Positions 1 to 23,500 of a DNA stretch of 64,000 nt are shown here, piece after piece (position 1 is the stretch's first letter; each line of letters opens with the position of its first letter). The stretch comes from Bugula neritina (taxonomy: Eukaryota > Animalia > Bryozoa), in NCBI GenBank assembly GCA_964035545.1, contig OZ037765.1, positions 14,456,698-14,520,697 of the forward strand. The letters run 5' to 3'. The notes under the pieces are model-generated. The model was not told the DNA's origin. It worked only from the letters and a program-made list of their open reading frames with translations, and searched no databases. The translations under genes were made by a program, and so were the position numbers.

Positions 1-297
1 ATCAAACTTGTTTTTGCAGATGAGCCCAGTAAATGGGAGTTCATAAAAAGAACCAATGCAAAGGATACAAGGACTACAGGAGTTTTCTGCAAGCTTGATA
101 CCAGTAAAGAAATGCGTGATAAAGAATTTCAACTCCGTGATCAAATTCGCAGACTTAAAGAAGATGACGCGAATGCAAACAGACAGTACCGCATCAGAAC
201 CCGGGAAACGAAAGTTGGGATAGAAGAGCGACTCCAATCGGGGGAATGGCGCCCGCTGAACCCTGCTCTCAATCAAACAAAGGAGACAACATGCTAA
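1..297 (+). CDS. LINE ORF1 C-terminus (partial)
   Basis: Frame 1 is open from base 1 (IKLVFADEPSKWEFIKRTNAK...VFCKLDTSKEMRDKEFQLRDQIRRLK). Its stop TAA at 295-297 overlaps the ORF2 ATG at 291. Confidence 0.7.
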   Translation: MKLVFADEPSKWEFIKRTNAKDTRTTGVFCKLDTSKEMRDKEFQLRDQIRRLKEDDANANRQYRIRTRETKVGIEERLQSGEWRPLNPALNQTKETTC

Positions 298-3014
298 AAC
301 TTTTTCTCGCAAATACTAGATCAGCCAAAGGCAAAACTGCTGAAATAACTGCTTTAACAAATAAATATAACATTATCTGCTTAACTGAAACCCACTTAGA
401 TGAAACAGTTCCGGACTGTTGCATCATTGAAGATCCAAGCAAGAAAATATTTAGGAGAGACAGAACCCTACATGGAGGAGGAGTGCTACTTGCCTTGGAT
501 CGTGACCTGAAACCAATGAAAATAAACATTGACGACCTCAAAGAGGAAGTATTAGTTGTAGCAATGGAACCGCAAACTATCATCTGCTGTCTCTATAGAC
601 CTTATGTACACTTAAGGAATATGAACAAACTACACACCATCCTTGAGAACATAACAAACAAATTCCCTAGCCATGTGCTGATCCTGACTGGGGACTTCAA
701 CCTTCCAGGTATTGATTGGAAACAAAAACTAGTGAAACCTGAATGCCAACACAAGCACATTCACAGGGAGTTTATCAGTATCCTGGATGAATTTATGCTG
801 AGCCAGATGGTTTTGGAGCCAACTCATGTCAAGGGAAACACATTAGACCTCATCTGCATTAATACACCTGGCTACGTCTTGGATACTGACATCATTCAAC
901 CTGGCTTAAGTGATCACTACATTGTAAGTGCTACATTAAAGCCTGTGGTCCAGCGACACAAAGCTAGCACTAAACTCGTTGTGAAACGATACAAAGAGGC
1001 TGATGAAGAGACCTTCTGTGAGCGTATGCAGGAACTCAGTGAAAACTTGGCAGGGATGGAGAATCCAAACAAAATGTGGTTGTTATTCACCAGTCAACTA
1101 CAGGCAAACATAGAGGATTGTGTTCCTACAAAAGAGCTTGATCGCAAAAAGACCAGTCAACCTGAGTGGTTTGGTAAAGCAGCTGAAAAACTTGTCTCTA
1201 AACAAAGAAGAACATATAAGAAATATAAACAAACTGGGGATTCCTTTTTCCTAAGAAAATATAAGCAAGAGCGGAGGACGACCAAAAAAGAGGTCCGGCG
1301 GATGAAAACTAATTTTCTTGTGGATAAAATATGTGGCCCACTCGCACGAGGAAACTCGAAGCCCTTCTACCGTCACCTGAGAAACACAAGAATGCAGTGT
1401 CCTCCACCAATGAGCCTCCAAACAAACGGCCAATCCTCGGATGACCCCAGTGAGTGTGCAAACATGTTGAATAATTTCTTCCAGCAGCAATTTTGTCAAG
1501 ATCACTGTATTGATGGTATCCCGCCATTGGAGTCTCCCGGTGAAAAAATAGAGATATCGGAAGATGGTGTTGCTAAGCTGATTATCTCGCTAGGAAATGG
1601 TAAGTCTCCAGGACCGGATGGGATCCGGAAACCAGACCTCATGATAGATATACATACCACCGCTGAGTGTCTCAGCCACATATATCGAGCCTCCATAAAA
1701 TATGGCCGATTGCCTGACCAATGGAAACTGGCAAATGTGACCCCAATTTACAAAGGAGGAGAGGCTAACCAAGTGTTCAATTACAGGCCTATTTCCCTAA
1801 CATCAATACCATGTAAGATTCTTGAACATATTGTCCTTCATCACCTCAACAAAAAACTGGATATCTTCCTTCACCATCGGCAACATGGGTTCCGGAAAGG
1901 TATGTCCTGCGAGACCCAACTATGTGCCACTTACCATGATCTGGCTAAATCAATGGAACAGAACAAAATTACACATGCCCTTATCTTAGACTTTAAAAAG
2001 GCTTTTGACAAAGTACCACATAGCTTGCTACTGCAGAAACTGAGAGCTATTCCTGATTTAGACCCCTCCCTTTTAAACTGGATTCAATACTTTCTGACAG
2101 GGCGAAAACAGAGAGTAGTTCTAAAGAATCAAATGTCGAGTGTGTGCGATGTGACATCCGGAGTACCTCAAGGCTCAGTCCTAGGGCCTACACTTTTCCT
2201 TGTATATATCAACGATCTACCAGATGTAGTAACTTGTAACGTTAGCCTTTATGCAGATGATACCCTCTTATATCAGGAAGTCAACTGCTACGAGGAATCG
2301 GTGGAATTTCAAAAAAACATTGATGCTGTACAAGCATGGTCGCAGAAATGGAAAATGCCATTTAACGCATCTAAATGCCATGCAATAGCATTCAACAAAA
2401 GAAGCCAAACACCCGCGTATAAACTAGGTGATGCTGACATACCTTGGACAGACAAGACTCGCTATCTTGGTATCACGCTCCAGCAAGATCTAAAGTTTGA
2501 CCAACACATCGCTCAAAAAACCAGCAAAGCAACCAAAATTCTTGGGGCTATAAAATACACACTACACTCTGCACCTACCAAAAGCCGATTATTGGCATAC
2601 ACTAGCCTGTGTCGACCGATACTGGAGTATGGGGACACTCTATGGGATCCCACCAGTAAACAGACCATTGAATTCATAGAAAGTGTTCAACGGAAAGCTG
2701 TCCGCTTCATAAGTACTGTTAAAGGACGGGAAAGTGTCACTGAAGCCAGAAATCTTCTTGAACTGGTACCACTAGAATCCAGAAGACGAAACCATCGAAT
2801 GACATTACTACACAAAATTCTAGAAAATGAAACCAGCAATAATACTTTATCTTCTAATTATGATGAGATCGTCAACAACCGCTTAAATACAACTATGACC
2901 ACTAGAGCTGCGAGCAGAGGACAGTTAACATCAATATCTGCAAAGACTAGTGTCTACCACAACAGCTTCCTTCCCCGAACAATACGGGACTTGAGAATAA
3001 ATGTTCATGAATAA
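291..3014 (+). CDS. LINE ORF2: apurinic-like endonuclease plus reverse transcriptase, uninterrupted (907 aa from ATG 291)
   Basis: EN motifs: ICLTETHL, GGGVLL, GDFNLP, SDHY. RT motifs: KSPGPDGI, NYRPISLTS, QHGFR, LDFKKAFDKV, GVPQGSVLGP, YADD, YLG. Confidence 0.95.
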   Translation: MLKLFLANTRSAKGKTAEITALTNKYNIICLTETHLDETVPDCCIIEDPSKKIFRRDRTLHGGGVLLALDRDLKPMKINIDDLKEEVLVVAMEPQTIICCLYRPYVHLRNMNKLHTILENITNKFPSHVLILTGDFNLPGIDWKQKLVKPECQHKHIHREFISILDEFMLSQMVLEPTHVKGNTLDLICINTPGYVLDTDIIQPGLSDHYIVSATLKPVVQRHKASTKLVVKRYKEADEETFCERMQELSENLAGMENPNKMWLLFTSQLQANIEDCVPTKELDRKKTSQPEWFGKAAEKLVSKQRRTYKKYKQTGDSFFLRKYKQERRTTKKEVRRMKTNFLVDKICGPLARGNSKPFYRHLRNTRMQCPPPMSLQTNGQSSDDPSECANMLNNFFQQQFCQDHCIDGIPPLESPGEKIEISEDGVAKLIISLGNGKSPGPDGIRKPDLMIDIHTTAECLSHIYRASIKYGRLPDQWKLANVTPIYKGGEANQVFNYRPISLTSIPCKILEHIVLHHLNKKLDIFLHHRQHGFRKGMSCETQLCATYHDLAKSMEQNKITHALILDFKKAFDKVPHSLLLQKLRAIPDLDPSLLNWIQYFLTGRKQRVVLKNQMSSVCDVTSGVPQGSVLGPTLFLVYINDLPDVVTCNVSLYADDTLLYQEVNCYEESVEFQKNIDAVQAWSQKWKMPFNASKCHAIAFNKRSQTPAYKLGDADIPWTDKTRYLGITLQQDLKFDQHIAQKTSKATKILGAIKYTLHSAPTKSRLLAYTSLCRPILEYGDTLWDPTSKQTIEFIESVQRKAVRFISTVKGRESVTEARNLLELVPLESRRRNHRMTLLHKILENETSNNTLSSNYDEIVNNRLNTTMTTRAASRGQLTSISAKTSVYHNSFLPRTIRDLRINVHE

Positions 3015-4279
3015 TTAGAAAAAAAATCAGTGACATGCTGATTCACTGCCTACCCACTGTAACACACTGTTATAAACGAGGCATTTAACTTACACATTTT
3101 TGTGATATCTAAATGTTCTATCGACACAGAGTGAGTACAGAGTGAGTCACTTTGAGTTTATCATTGACATTATCATTATGATAACCATAATTGATTTTAA
3201 TTTAGTATATTATTAAAATTATTATAATTAAATTATCATGATGGTAACGATAATCATTATCATTATCATTATGGTTATGATTATCACAGCCATACATGTT
3301 ATGAGTCATACTTTTTGTGTACACGCTTACTGCTATGTAGTCAGGTTTTCATCCAGTTTTACAAAACAGGATGCATGCCTAATTGATATGCTAATCTAAA
3401 TTGCCAGGTAAAATAAAAATTGTTATGAACACAAATAATATAGCATACGTGTCTAGTTTTACTTTTAACTTTTAAGCATATAACTGATAATCATGATGGA
3501 TATAAGTAAAACCTATTCATTATTGTTCGGTTCTTGTCAAGAGAACTTAAAAACCTAAGCCAATTTTTTATAAAAAACCTCCGTAAAGTTCTTTGTAGCT
3601 ATAACTTAGAAATTGTTTTGTAAATTGTTTTGTAAAGGCAATGGCAGCTTTTGCATATGGTTTTTATCTGTTTTTTAGTTAACTATATTGATTTATTATC
3701 ACTGCTATTCAATGTATAAATAACTCCACTATATACAACCATCCTTGTGATTGTCTTACGAATACAGCTAATATGGCATCTTAATCCAATAGGATAGTTA
3801 GCTTGTAATAACCAACTGCTACTGCGATGTTTAAATAAGTGCCAATCAGTCATTTTTATTATCAATATAAAAGAATCATTTTATCTTCTTTTGAAGCAGA
3901 GTGAACTTCATTTCGTTACCTCATGACCGGTTTTTATAATTCATAGTTATTATTACCAGTTAAATTGTAGGATATTATTAGGGTCTATATTTGAGGTATT
4001 TTTTATTAGTTACTTCACATTTTACACTCTCGTGACAAAGCATTCTATTCTCTTGTATTTTGAGAAGGGTCAAGTACTTTTTTGTATTTCAATGTATAAA
4101 TATCTAGTAAATATATGTCTATTTTATTAACCAGCAGCAAAGTGCATCAAACATTTATTTTTATTGAAATAACTCAATTTTATTTGAATATTATTCACTT
4201 CACCAACAAGCTAAACTATGATTGGTGTTATGTTACACTGATATACTAAATGAGTTTGTTGCATTTTAATTACACTATA

Positions 4280-5094
4280 GGGGAGGGTGGGGTTAGTTGA
4301 ACCAAAAATTGTGTTTTTGAGCATAGGTTTTGAAGAAATGTTTTGCCAATCTAAAAACCAGCACCATGAAAGTCGGTCATATGTTGCTGTTTTTGTCCAT
4401 TAAAACTAAATGCATAAACATTTTACTCACTAAAATAAAGCCAATTTTTTACCTGTAAGTTTTTTGACACAACGCGCCCTGGTAGGGGGCAAGTTGAGCC
4501 GCCCTATGTGCAAGTTGAACCAGTGCCATTTATTTTATAATATACATTATTTTACCTACTTTGCAAGTTGAAAACGATTTAATAAAAATTAGCAATGGAA
4601 ATTATTAAAAAGTCAGAATAAATTGGCATAAACAAATAACAAAAACTCTGAATGTGGTTTGTCATTGCAACCATTTAATAGTTAGCGGCAATTTGTACCT
4701 GGTTCAACTCGCCCCACTTCTAACGTGGTTCAACTAGCCCCACTAGCCCCAAATTATTGTCAATATCTGCTCTTAGTGAAATATCACTGCAACTTTAGGT
4801 TATTGCCCAGCTTTGAGATCATGTTGACAAAACAGGCCTGAATTTACTTCACTGGGCTATTAAAACTTGAAAAACTATGCAACTTTTCATGAAAGAATGA
4901 ATGTTTTGTTTGCTCTTTTTTGTATGTAAAAATGTGAAAAATACTCCCTCATTTGAAAACTTCTGCTTTGATTCCATATATTTCCATATGTCTGATAGTT
5001 CACCTAAAATGCTCTTAAGTAAAGGAAGTAAAATAGAGCAATGATTTAAATGAAAAAATTTGGAGCATATGGTTTAACTAGCCCCACTCTCCTC
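4280..5094. mobile_element. Non-autonomous TIR element (MITE), TA-flanked, Tc1/pogo-like
   Basis: Left end GGGGAGGGTGGGGTTAGTTGAACCA pairs with right end TGGTTTAACTAGCCCCACTCTCCTC. TA lies on both sides. Internal copies of the terminal motif occur at ~4485-4522 and ~4700-4750. Confidence 0.8.
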
Positions 5095-5861
5095 TATTAT
5101 ATTTTGTTTATTGATTTTCTTGTTGACTGAATCATGTTGTGTGTGTTATATACTATAGAATATATGCTTTGTTTGATCAGTGTTAAAAATGTGCATTGGC
5201 TTCAAGAGTAAGGTAAAACTAAAAATGCAATGTTATGAAAAATTTTATTTTATGTTGCAATGAAAAATCTGATTTTGTTGTTAAACTCAAGACATTTGAT
5301 GTGATTTTATGTTGAATAAAACTGATAGGATTTACCTTTCTGACAAGTAATTTATGTTTTCATGTTGTTTCCAATATATTTAAATTTCTTCAAAAATAAC
5401 TTTCAAAAACTAAAGTTTTCTTTTTCATCTGTTCTCTTGTAAGCTATTTATAGCTATTAGAAAAATTTAGATTTACTCTACCTATTAAACCATAAAATTA
5501 TAAAAAATTGTAAAATTATTGTTTTTAAAATAAAAATAAGTTTCAAATTCTAATTGGTAGTTTTAAAAATATAAGTATATGGAGTAGTAATTTTTTTAAG
5601 TAGCTTTGCTTTTTGTTTATCATTAAACTCATTTTTCAGTTTGCTTAAAAATTCTGACCATCAGATGCCAGAGCTCAATCAATCGCACATATCTTTTTTG
5701 TTCCAACTGATTGTGGAAATCTTTGTATTCAACTCATTGAATTTACATTTTGCATTATTCAATGATTGTAGCATTGTAAAGCATCGAACTTTTTCCTAAG
5801 TTTTCCCACATCAAAGAGCACCATGGACATGTAGAATACTTTATATCATACACAATATTAG

Positions 5862-15335
<9,474 letters not shown>

Positions 15336-15699
15336 CTATTATCACCAATGTTCTGCAAAAGCACTAATTGGCTTTCCATTATTGCTTTTAGAAATTTATT
15401 ATACTCGTTCAAAACTGCTAGTGCTAGTTATTTATTCAATTCAACTGCCAATTAGCTTTTTTATTTTTCTGCAACTATACATATGTAACATTTTTGCTTC
15501 TATTTACTTTTTTATTGCTGTTTAGTATTTTTATACTGAATGCTTATTTCAAAATATATACAAATTACAAAAATAGCACCTTATATAATTATAAATAAAA
15601 TCATTTTAAAGTACAAAATGGAACTGAAATAATTGCATTGCAAATATACAATAATGTATAATAGAATAATCTGCAGTAGTAGAAGTCATGAAACACTCA

Positions 15700-18600
15700 T
15701 CAAAGTTCCTCGAAAAAAGCCACTCTGGATTTAGTAGAACCGGCGGCAGTCTAAAATAATAAAAATATTTGGTGAAAGTAATTTAGCATGAATGCATCTT
15801 CTCAGTGATGAACGTAAATTTATGCCAAAATAGCAGGCATTACTAACACCCTCCCCATACAAACCTTCTGTAGAGTTTGATATTTTGTGTCGCCTCTCTG
15901 CACATTTTCATCATGCAATCTATCAAGATGAGTCAACTTATCTTCCACCTTTAACATGTCCATGTCAGATTTGAGATTCTTGAGCTGAGCTTGTATACTC
16001 TCACTTCGCTCCATAAATGTCAGACTAGAAATATTGTTTGATGATGGCTAATTTATGATCACTGCATCAGAAAGTAAATTTACAGCTACATTGTAACTAG
16101 TTTTAAAGTATTGGTGAGATAACTTCATGCAAATGATGCTGTCTAACAATTTCAACTGTTAGCACTGCAATAAATGATCAGGAAATTTGTAAAACTAAGC
16201 AGGCGTACTTCTCTTGTTCCACAGCAAGCTTCAGCTGTGTCATATCTGTAGTGAGATAATCAATTTCAGCATCAGTGGCCCCGCTAAGTTGAGGATAAAG
16301 CTGAAAATACCATTAGTTGTGTGAATAGAGGAATTAATATGAAGGATACTAAGATTCATAGAGAATACACATTACAATTTCAAAGAATATTTTTGGATAT
16401 TAATATACTATTAACAATATAACAACTGGTTCATGCTATACTCACAAAGGTTATATTTGAAAGCAATGAATTTTAAGCTGCTGCATTAAGAATGTGATGA
16501 CAATTTAACAAATTCTAGAAGTTTTAATTAAACAGATTCAAGAGCAAGTAGCTATTCTATTCATGTAAAATAGCAAAATATATGAACATGGCTTCCAGGA
16601 GAGCCATTGGCTTGGCCAGCATGATGGTGAATCATAAATTCTTCTGTGTTGCAACAAAAACCTCCAAAACATGTGGTCCTTGCCACCGGGTTTATCATAG
16701 GGCTTAGGAGATTGAGAAGCTCAAGTAAGATGGCAAAATTAGCAACACATAGAAATATACAAACATTTGCCATTGATGTCAACTTTTTTTTAGCAATTAG
16801 TTCTGCTTCTTTTGCCTTTTCAAGTTCTTGTATCAAACGTTCCATCTCTTGAGCTCTCTGTTCAGAGTCTTCAAGGATGCGCGAAGCCAAAAGTTCTGCA
16901 TCTTTTGCCCTTTGTTCAACTACCAACTTTTCTTCTTCAGTCTAAAACCACAAATTTTTCAACACACATAAATTTATAGGTTTTTACAAGTTTACAGTTC
17001 ATAATGTAGCAAAGGTGATCAAACTAATATATATGTCAATTATTTTTAATGACAGGTTACAAAATTTAATAGTATACTATATTAGATACACTGATAACAT
17101 GTAGATATACTAATAACATGTAGATATACTGGTAACATGTAGATATACTGGTAACATGTAGATATACTGATAACATGTAGATATACTAGTAACATGTAGA
17201 TATATTGGTAACATGCAGATATACTGGTAACATGTAGATATACTAATAAAATGCAGATATACTGGTAACATGCAGATATACTGATAACATGTAGATATAC
17301 TAATAAAATGCAGATATACTGATAACATGCAGATATACTAATAAAATGCAGATATACTGATAACATGTAGATATACTGATAGCATGTAGGTATACTAATA
17401 AAATGCAGATATACTGGTAACATGCAGATATACTGATAACATGTAGATATACTGATAATATGTAGATATACTGGTAACATGTAGATATACTAATAACATG
17501 TAGATATACTGGTAACATGTAGATATACTGGTAACATGTAGATATACTGGTAACATGTAGATATACTGGTAACATGTAGATATACTGGTAACATGTAGAT
17601 ATACTGATAACATGTAGATATACTAATAACATGTAGATATACTGGTAACATGTAGATATACTGGTAACATGTAGATACACTGGTAACATGTAGATATACT
17701 GATAACATGTAGATATACTAATAACATGTAGATATACTGGTAACATGTAGATATACTAATAACATGTAGATATACTGATAACATGTAGATATACTGGTAA
17801 CATGTAGATATACTGGTAACATGTAGATATACTAATAACATGTAGATATACTGGTAACATGTAGATATACTGGTAACATGTAGATATACTAGTAACATGT
17901 AGATATACTGATAACATGTAGATATATCTGGTAACATGTAGATATACTGGTAACATGTAGATACACTGGTAACATGTAGATATACTGATAACATGTAGAT
18001 ATACTAATAACATGTAGATATACTGGTAACATGTAGATATACTAATAACATGTAGATATACTGATAACATGTAGATATACTGGTAACATGTAGATATACT
18101 GGTAACATGTAGATATACTGATAACATGTAGATATACTGGTAACATGTAGATATACTGGTAACATGTAGATATACTAATAACATGTAGATATACTGGTAA
18201 CATGTAGATATACTGGTAACATGTAGATACACTGGTAACATGTAGATATACTGATAACATGTAGATATACTAATAACATGTAGATATACTGGTAACATGT
18301 AGATATACTAATAACATGTAGATATACTAATAACATGTAGATATACTGGTAACATGTAGATATACTAATAACATGTAGATATACTAATAACATGTAGATA
18401 TACTGGTAACATGTAGATAATATACTGATAACATGTAGATATACTGGTAACATGTAGATAATATACTGGTAACATGTAGATAATATACTGATAACATGTA
18501 GATATAATGGTAACATGCAGATATACTGGTAACATGTAGATATACTGGTAACATGTAGATATACTGGTAACATGTAGATATACTGGTAACATGTAGATAT

Positions 18601-19573
18601 ACTGGTAACATGTAGATATACTGATAACATGTAGATATACTGGTAACATGTAGATATACTGGTAACATGTAGATATACTGATAACATGTAGATATATCTG
18701 GTAACATGTAGATATACTGATAACATGTAGATATACTGATAACATGTAGATATATCTGGTAACATGTAGATATACTGATGATATCAGCAATATCAAATGC
18801 AGTGAATTATACCAATAGCCAAGAGTACCAACCTTGATAGCTGTGTTCTTCACCCGGCCCATTTCTGCTTCAGCCTCAGCCGACTTCTCCCTCAATAATT
18901 GGTTCTCCTGCTCAATCAAATCAGACTTCTGGCCCAGAAGTTCTACAGTTTCTTCAGATCGCCTCTATTTTATAAAACAAGGCGTTTTGATATTATCACA
19001 TAGACCCATTATAAAAATACAATTACTAACAAGCTAAAACCTAAAACACCTAAATGGTGTTCAATTATCATTGCAGTCAGTCCATCTATGCCCAAACTTT
19101 GGCTATTGGGTCAAATTTAGTAAACTTTTAAATTTAATGTAACTCATTATGCATGATCAATAAAATAATATTTTAATGTACCGTGGAAAAAACAAGTGTT
19201 AAAATGTTTTTGTTAAAAAATGTCACTTCACTGCCTTGGTAAGAACTTGTCATGTACATATGGCATTTGTTCTTGAGACAAATTTGAGATGCTAAATCTG
19301 AAAACATCAGCTCACTATGCCAAATTTCTTCTCAACATATATTAATTTCATTTGAAGGCTGATCCAACTACAACTTCAAAAAATAAAACAGTTGAGGATG
19401 AAAACAGGCCATTCAATAATCTGCACTAGACATTAGAACTGGTGTCAATATGTGCAGCTCATGGTTGATATACTTTGCCACAGAACTCATCATCTTGATA
19501 TTGATTGCAAACCTCAATGGAACAGACTGGCTGGGACTTGCCATCAATGACTTATATAATATACCAGATATAT

Positions 19574-19608
<35 letters not shown>

Positions 19609-20479
19609 ACATATATATAAAATATATATCAGATAACAAGGAACACAATCTTTAATGCATCAATCCACTAAATAATATAATCACTCACCAGGTTTTCTCT
19701 GGTGAGCTCCAACTCCAACTCTAATTGATTTATTCTTGTTACCATCACTTCTTTCTCATGCTCTAAAATGGACCGCAACTCTTGCTCTTTGTGCAGTCTT
19801 GCTTTTTCTTGCTACAGAAACACACACCTATACAGCTCCATTAAGGAACTTGAAGAAGTATTTTAAAGATGAACTGACTATTCCAGCAGCTTTGATACCA
19901 TCGTTGAGTTGCCGCCTTCATTAAAAGAAGTGGTTTTCAAGCAAGTGAATGCTAGAACAAAAAACTCAAGTGATGTGAATATCACTAGTGTTTTCAAATA
20001 CAAAAAGATTAAATATTGTTCAGCTATTGCTATACACAAAGCTAATTTTAATAGTTATGTTCTTTTTCATTTAATAAATATGTACTATAAAATATACTTA
20101 TGCATTCCAAATATCTAACTCATGACATGTATCAATTATGAAAATATGTTTATACAATATATAACTCAAAAATGAATTCAATAATGATATCAAGCTTTTA
20201 AAAAATGGGCCGTAAAAAACTTGAGTAACAAAAACCTTTATGAAGCTTTCCTATCAACTATCACATGCAACATAATTGTGAATTAGAAACAATTAGCTAT
20301 CCAGACCACATTCTTTATTTACGGTTTAATATACCTTGGCCTGAGAATAACTTTGGAATAAAACGTGGTTAAAGACAGTCTATTATTGTATTCCATGTCA
20401 ATCTTGAATAAACTATATAAAACTTTATAACTTGTTAAAAACATACTTGATATTTCATTACTTATATCTGCCACAAATT

Positions 20480-20539
<60 letters not shown>

Positions 20540-23500
20540 TGCGCGTGTGTGTATATATAAAGTTGGTGTGCAGTGTGGTGATGGGTTTAGAAATATCTGA
20601 TATCTGAAAATATGAAGGTATCTTTCTCTACCAGAATTAGAGATGAGATGTGCTGTAGTAATATAATGGTCTTTGTTGAGCTGTGTGGTTTATAAGAACT
20701 TTCTTGTTGAACTGTACCTTACAAGTAAAGCATCTGCTTTTATATTAAACTAACAAGTCTAGAAAATTCCATTGCATTCCACACTGTGCATGAATAATGT
20801 AAAGCTGACACTAGTTATATAGCCAATAGTTTAATAAATAAGCATTGCCCTAGAATCGAATGCCACACTAATAGGTATAACAAGTACGTGTTATGCACAT
20901 GGATGCTACTGTCAGATGAGTATATAATATATTATGCGGCAGAAAAATTTGTGACACAAAAAAGTAAAACTTTGATTATTAACTTGAAAATTGATCTTAT
21001 CTAAATCTGATTTGCCACTACTATTGATATTTAGCTCCATTATGCTATAGGGGTAACGAGGGGGGGGAGGGGGCTCAATGGATCGAATTTTGAATTATTT
21101 GCTCTCATTAATTTGTTTTTCAAGTTACTAGTTCAATAATCTCTAGTCTAAATGCTACACCAGTTTTCCATTATAGGTATCAGTATGTTGTTTTTATCTC
21201 TTTCACAACCTTCAGAATAACAAAATTTTCATGGCGAAAAAACTGGCCTGTTGTGCCCCAGTACAGGGGTACAATGAGCCACTGGGTGTGACACAACAAA
21301 TATATTGAAATTTTGCTGATTCTGTTGCTCTGATCTTTATTTATTTAATATATACAAGTAAATAAAAATACTCGTTCAGATCTACAGGAAAAATAATGTT
21401 TTAGCTGTACAGTTTGTGCCACCACAGATATCAGAGGAAGGTAAAATCAAAAACACACATCTTTCATTTCTACGGTGCCATTATAATTACTGTTTAGAGC
21501 TAAAAATGTTTTTTCTATTTCCACTTCACAGAACTTTCATCAGAAAAAAAACTTTAGTAACATGTGCTACAATATTCCGGTGGAATTTTTTCTATGAACA
21601 GCTGTAGCTAAGGTGGCTGAAATTTGTGACTGGAGTGCGGAAGGGGAGGGGGGAACAAATCACAATTTATTTTACTCAAATACATGTATATTTCCTCAAT
21701 GATACAATGTATAATGAATATCATGACTATTCATTAGTAGCAACAGCAGAGTGTTTTGTATGATGTATAAAATGGCAAAGCTAAAACCTCACCAGATTCA
21801 TATATTGGGTAGCTTAACCTTGTAGTTTGCTAGTCTTACCATGATGTCTTTGATATTTTACAAAAAAAGGTCAGAAATGGCTATATCTATAGATATTATT
21901 AATATTTCAACTAATTTTTTTAGGCAAACAAACTAGTAACAGTGATCAGGGTGTAATGGTCAAGTGGCCCATTGTGCCCTGTGTGGCAAAGTTGAAAATA
22001 AATGTGGTTTAAGGGAAATTCATTTTACAATTTGCTATCATACTATTTAGGCAATGTAAAGACAAGCAATAGCAACAATATAAGTAAAAACTAGGCTTGT
22101 TACTTTTGAGTGTAAAAAGTTATAAAGCTTTAATGACATCTTCAAAAATTTACAAAAAGTAGGTAAAAACAGTTTTTGACTCGCCTCTTCAACATGTATG
22201 TTTCGCAAGTGTTGAAACTACAATGGCTGAATAATTATATCATTACCTTTTTATTAAAAAAATCATAGCTCTAAGTCAATAAGTTCTCTCACAATTTGAC
22301 CGGATTTTTGTACCCCTATGACAGTTGTGCCCCCGTTACCCCTATATACATATGCATAGATGTCACATACTTGACGATTAATTCGCTGCTCTTTTGCCTG
22401 TGCTTTCATTTGTTGAACTTCTAAAGTATCTGGTATACGCCTCTGTTTATATAGTAGATGATTGCCTTGACACAACTCGAACAACTACAGAGACACACAA
22501 CATTACAAATATACAAATATTACACAAATATTACATTTATTCTAATGTAAGAGATAGTAAAAAGTGGCTAAACACCTTCTGACAATTAAAACATCCGTTG
22601 CGAAGAACTAAATCAAATTTTAAAAGTCATTCACTAACAAAAATATAGAGCTTACCGAGTTGTTCACTTGTAGATCACGAGAGAAAAATGTCAAATCATC
22701 ACTATGATTTCTCTCTAGGGTTTTAACTTTAAACTAAAGACAGAAAGTAACCCAGATCATTGGTATGCATATAATTCACACTTCAAACATAAATATCACA
22801 AAAGACTGTATTGAGTTTAAGATATACCTTATGACAAAAGGCAAAAAAGTAACAATCATGAGGTTTACAGAGAAAAGTTTTAAATTTCAAAAATATTACA
22901 GAACTTACTTTCTTGTCAGTATGAGCAATGTGACTTATTTCACTCCACGCAAAGCTAACTACAGGAACTAGCTTGTTTTCAGGTTTAAAAATGTGCAAGC
23001 CAAGAGAATTGACTCCAAGAGATACATCTGAGTTTCTGGCATTCTAAGATAACAGTATCATCAATAATCAATAAACCTGTATTAAAAATAAACTACTACC
23101 TGTATATTAATTTCAAATTGTAGATAAAAAGATTCGTAACTTTTTAGTATTAAATCATCCAACAATTTTACCTTAATGTGAAAATAGCAGTATCCAAACA
23201 TTTCTAAATCTTGTGCTATTTTTAGAAACTCTTTTTCTGCGTCTTCCCTTAAATAATCATTTCAAACAAAACAAGGTAATCATGGCATCTATGATCACAC
23301 AGAAAATATTGAACGACCTGCTGAAAATTTTGTATATTTCAACTCTAAATAACACAGCGTCAACTAGTGACAACCATACAAGGTGTCAGCATGTCAACAT
23401 AGTGCAACTGACCTACTTAATCCCTTGTGATCAGCATACCAGATTTTTATTCGTTCTTCCCACATTTCACTAGTCATTTGGTACTGATCTATAACAGTCT

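Larger units (their letters stand above)
1..3148 (+). mobile_element. Non-LTR retrotransposon (LINE), CR1/L2-group-like; 5' end lies outside the window
   Basis: ORF1 tail (1-297) overlaps the ORF2 start. ORF2 has an APE endonuclease and an RT. The short 3' UTR ends in a tandem ACAGAGTGAGT repeat (~3126-3147), a CR1/L2-type tail. Confidence 0.88.

Noticed and set aside
17082-18919. Many overlapping CYQYIYML ORFs; CRISPR-like regularity
   Set aside because: This is a head-to-tail 19-bp satellite with no unique spacers and no cas genes, inside a eukaryotic intron.
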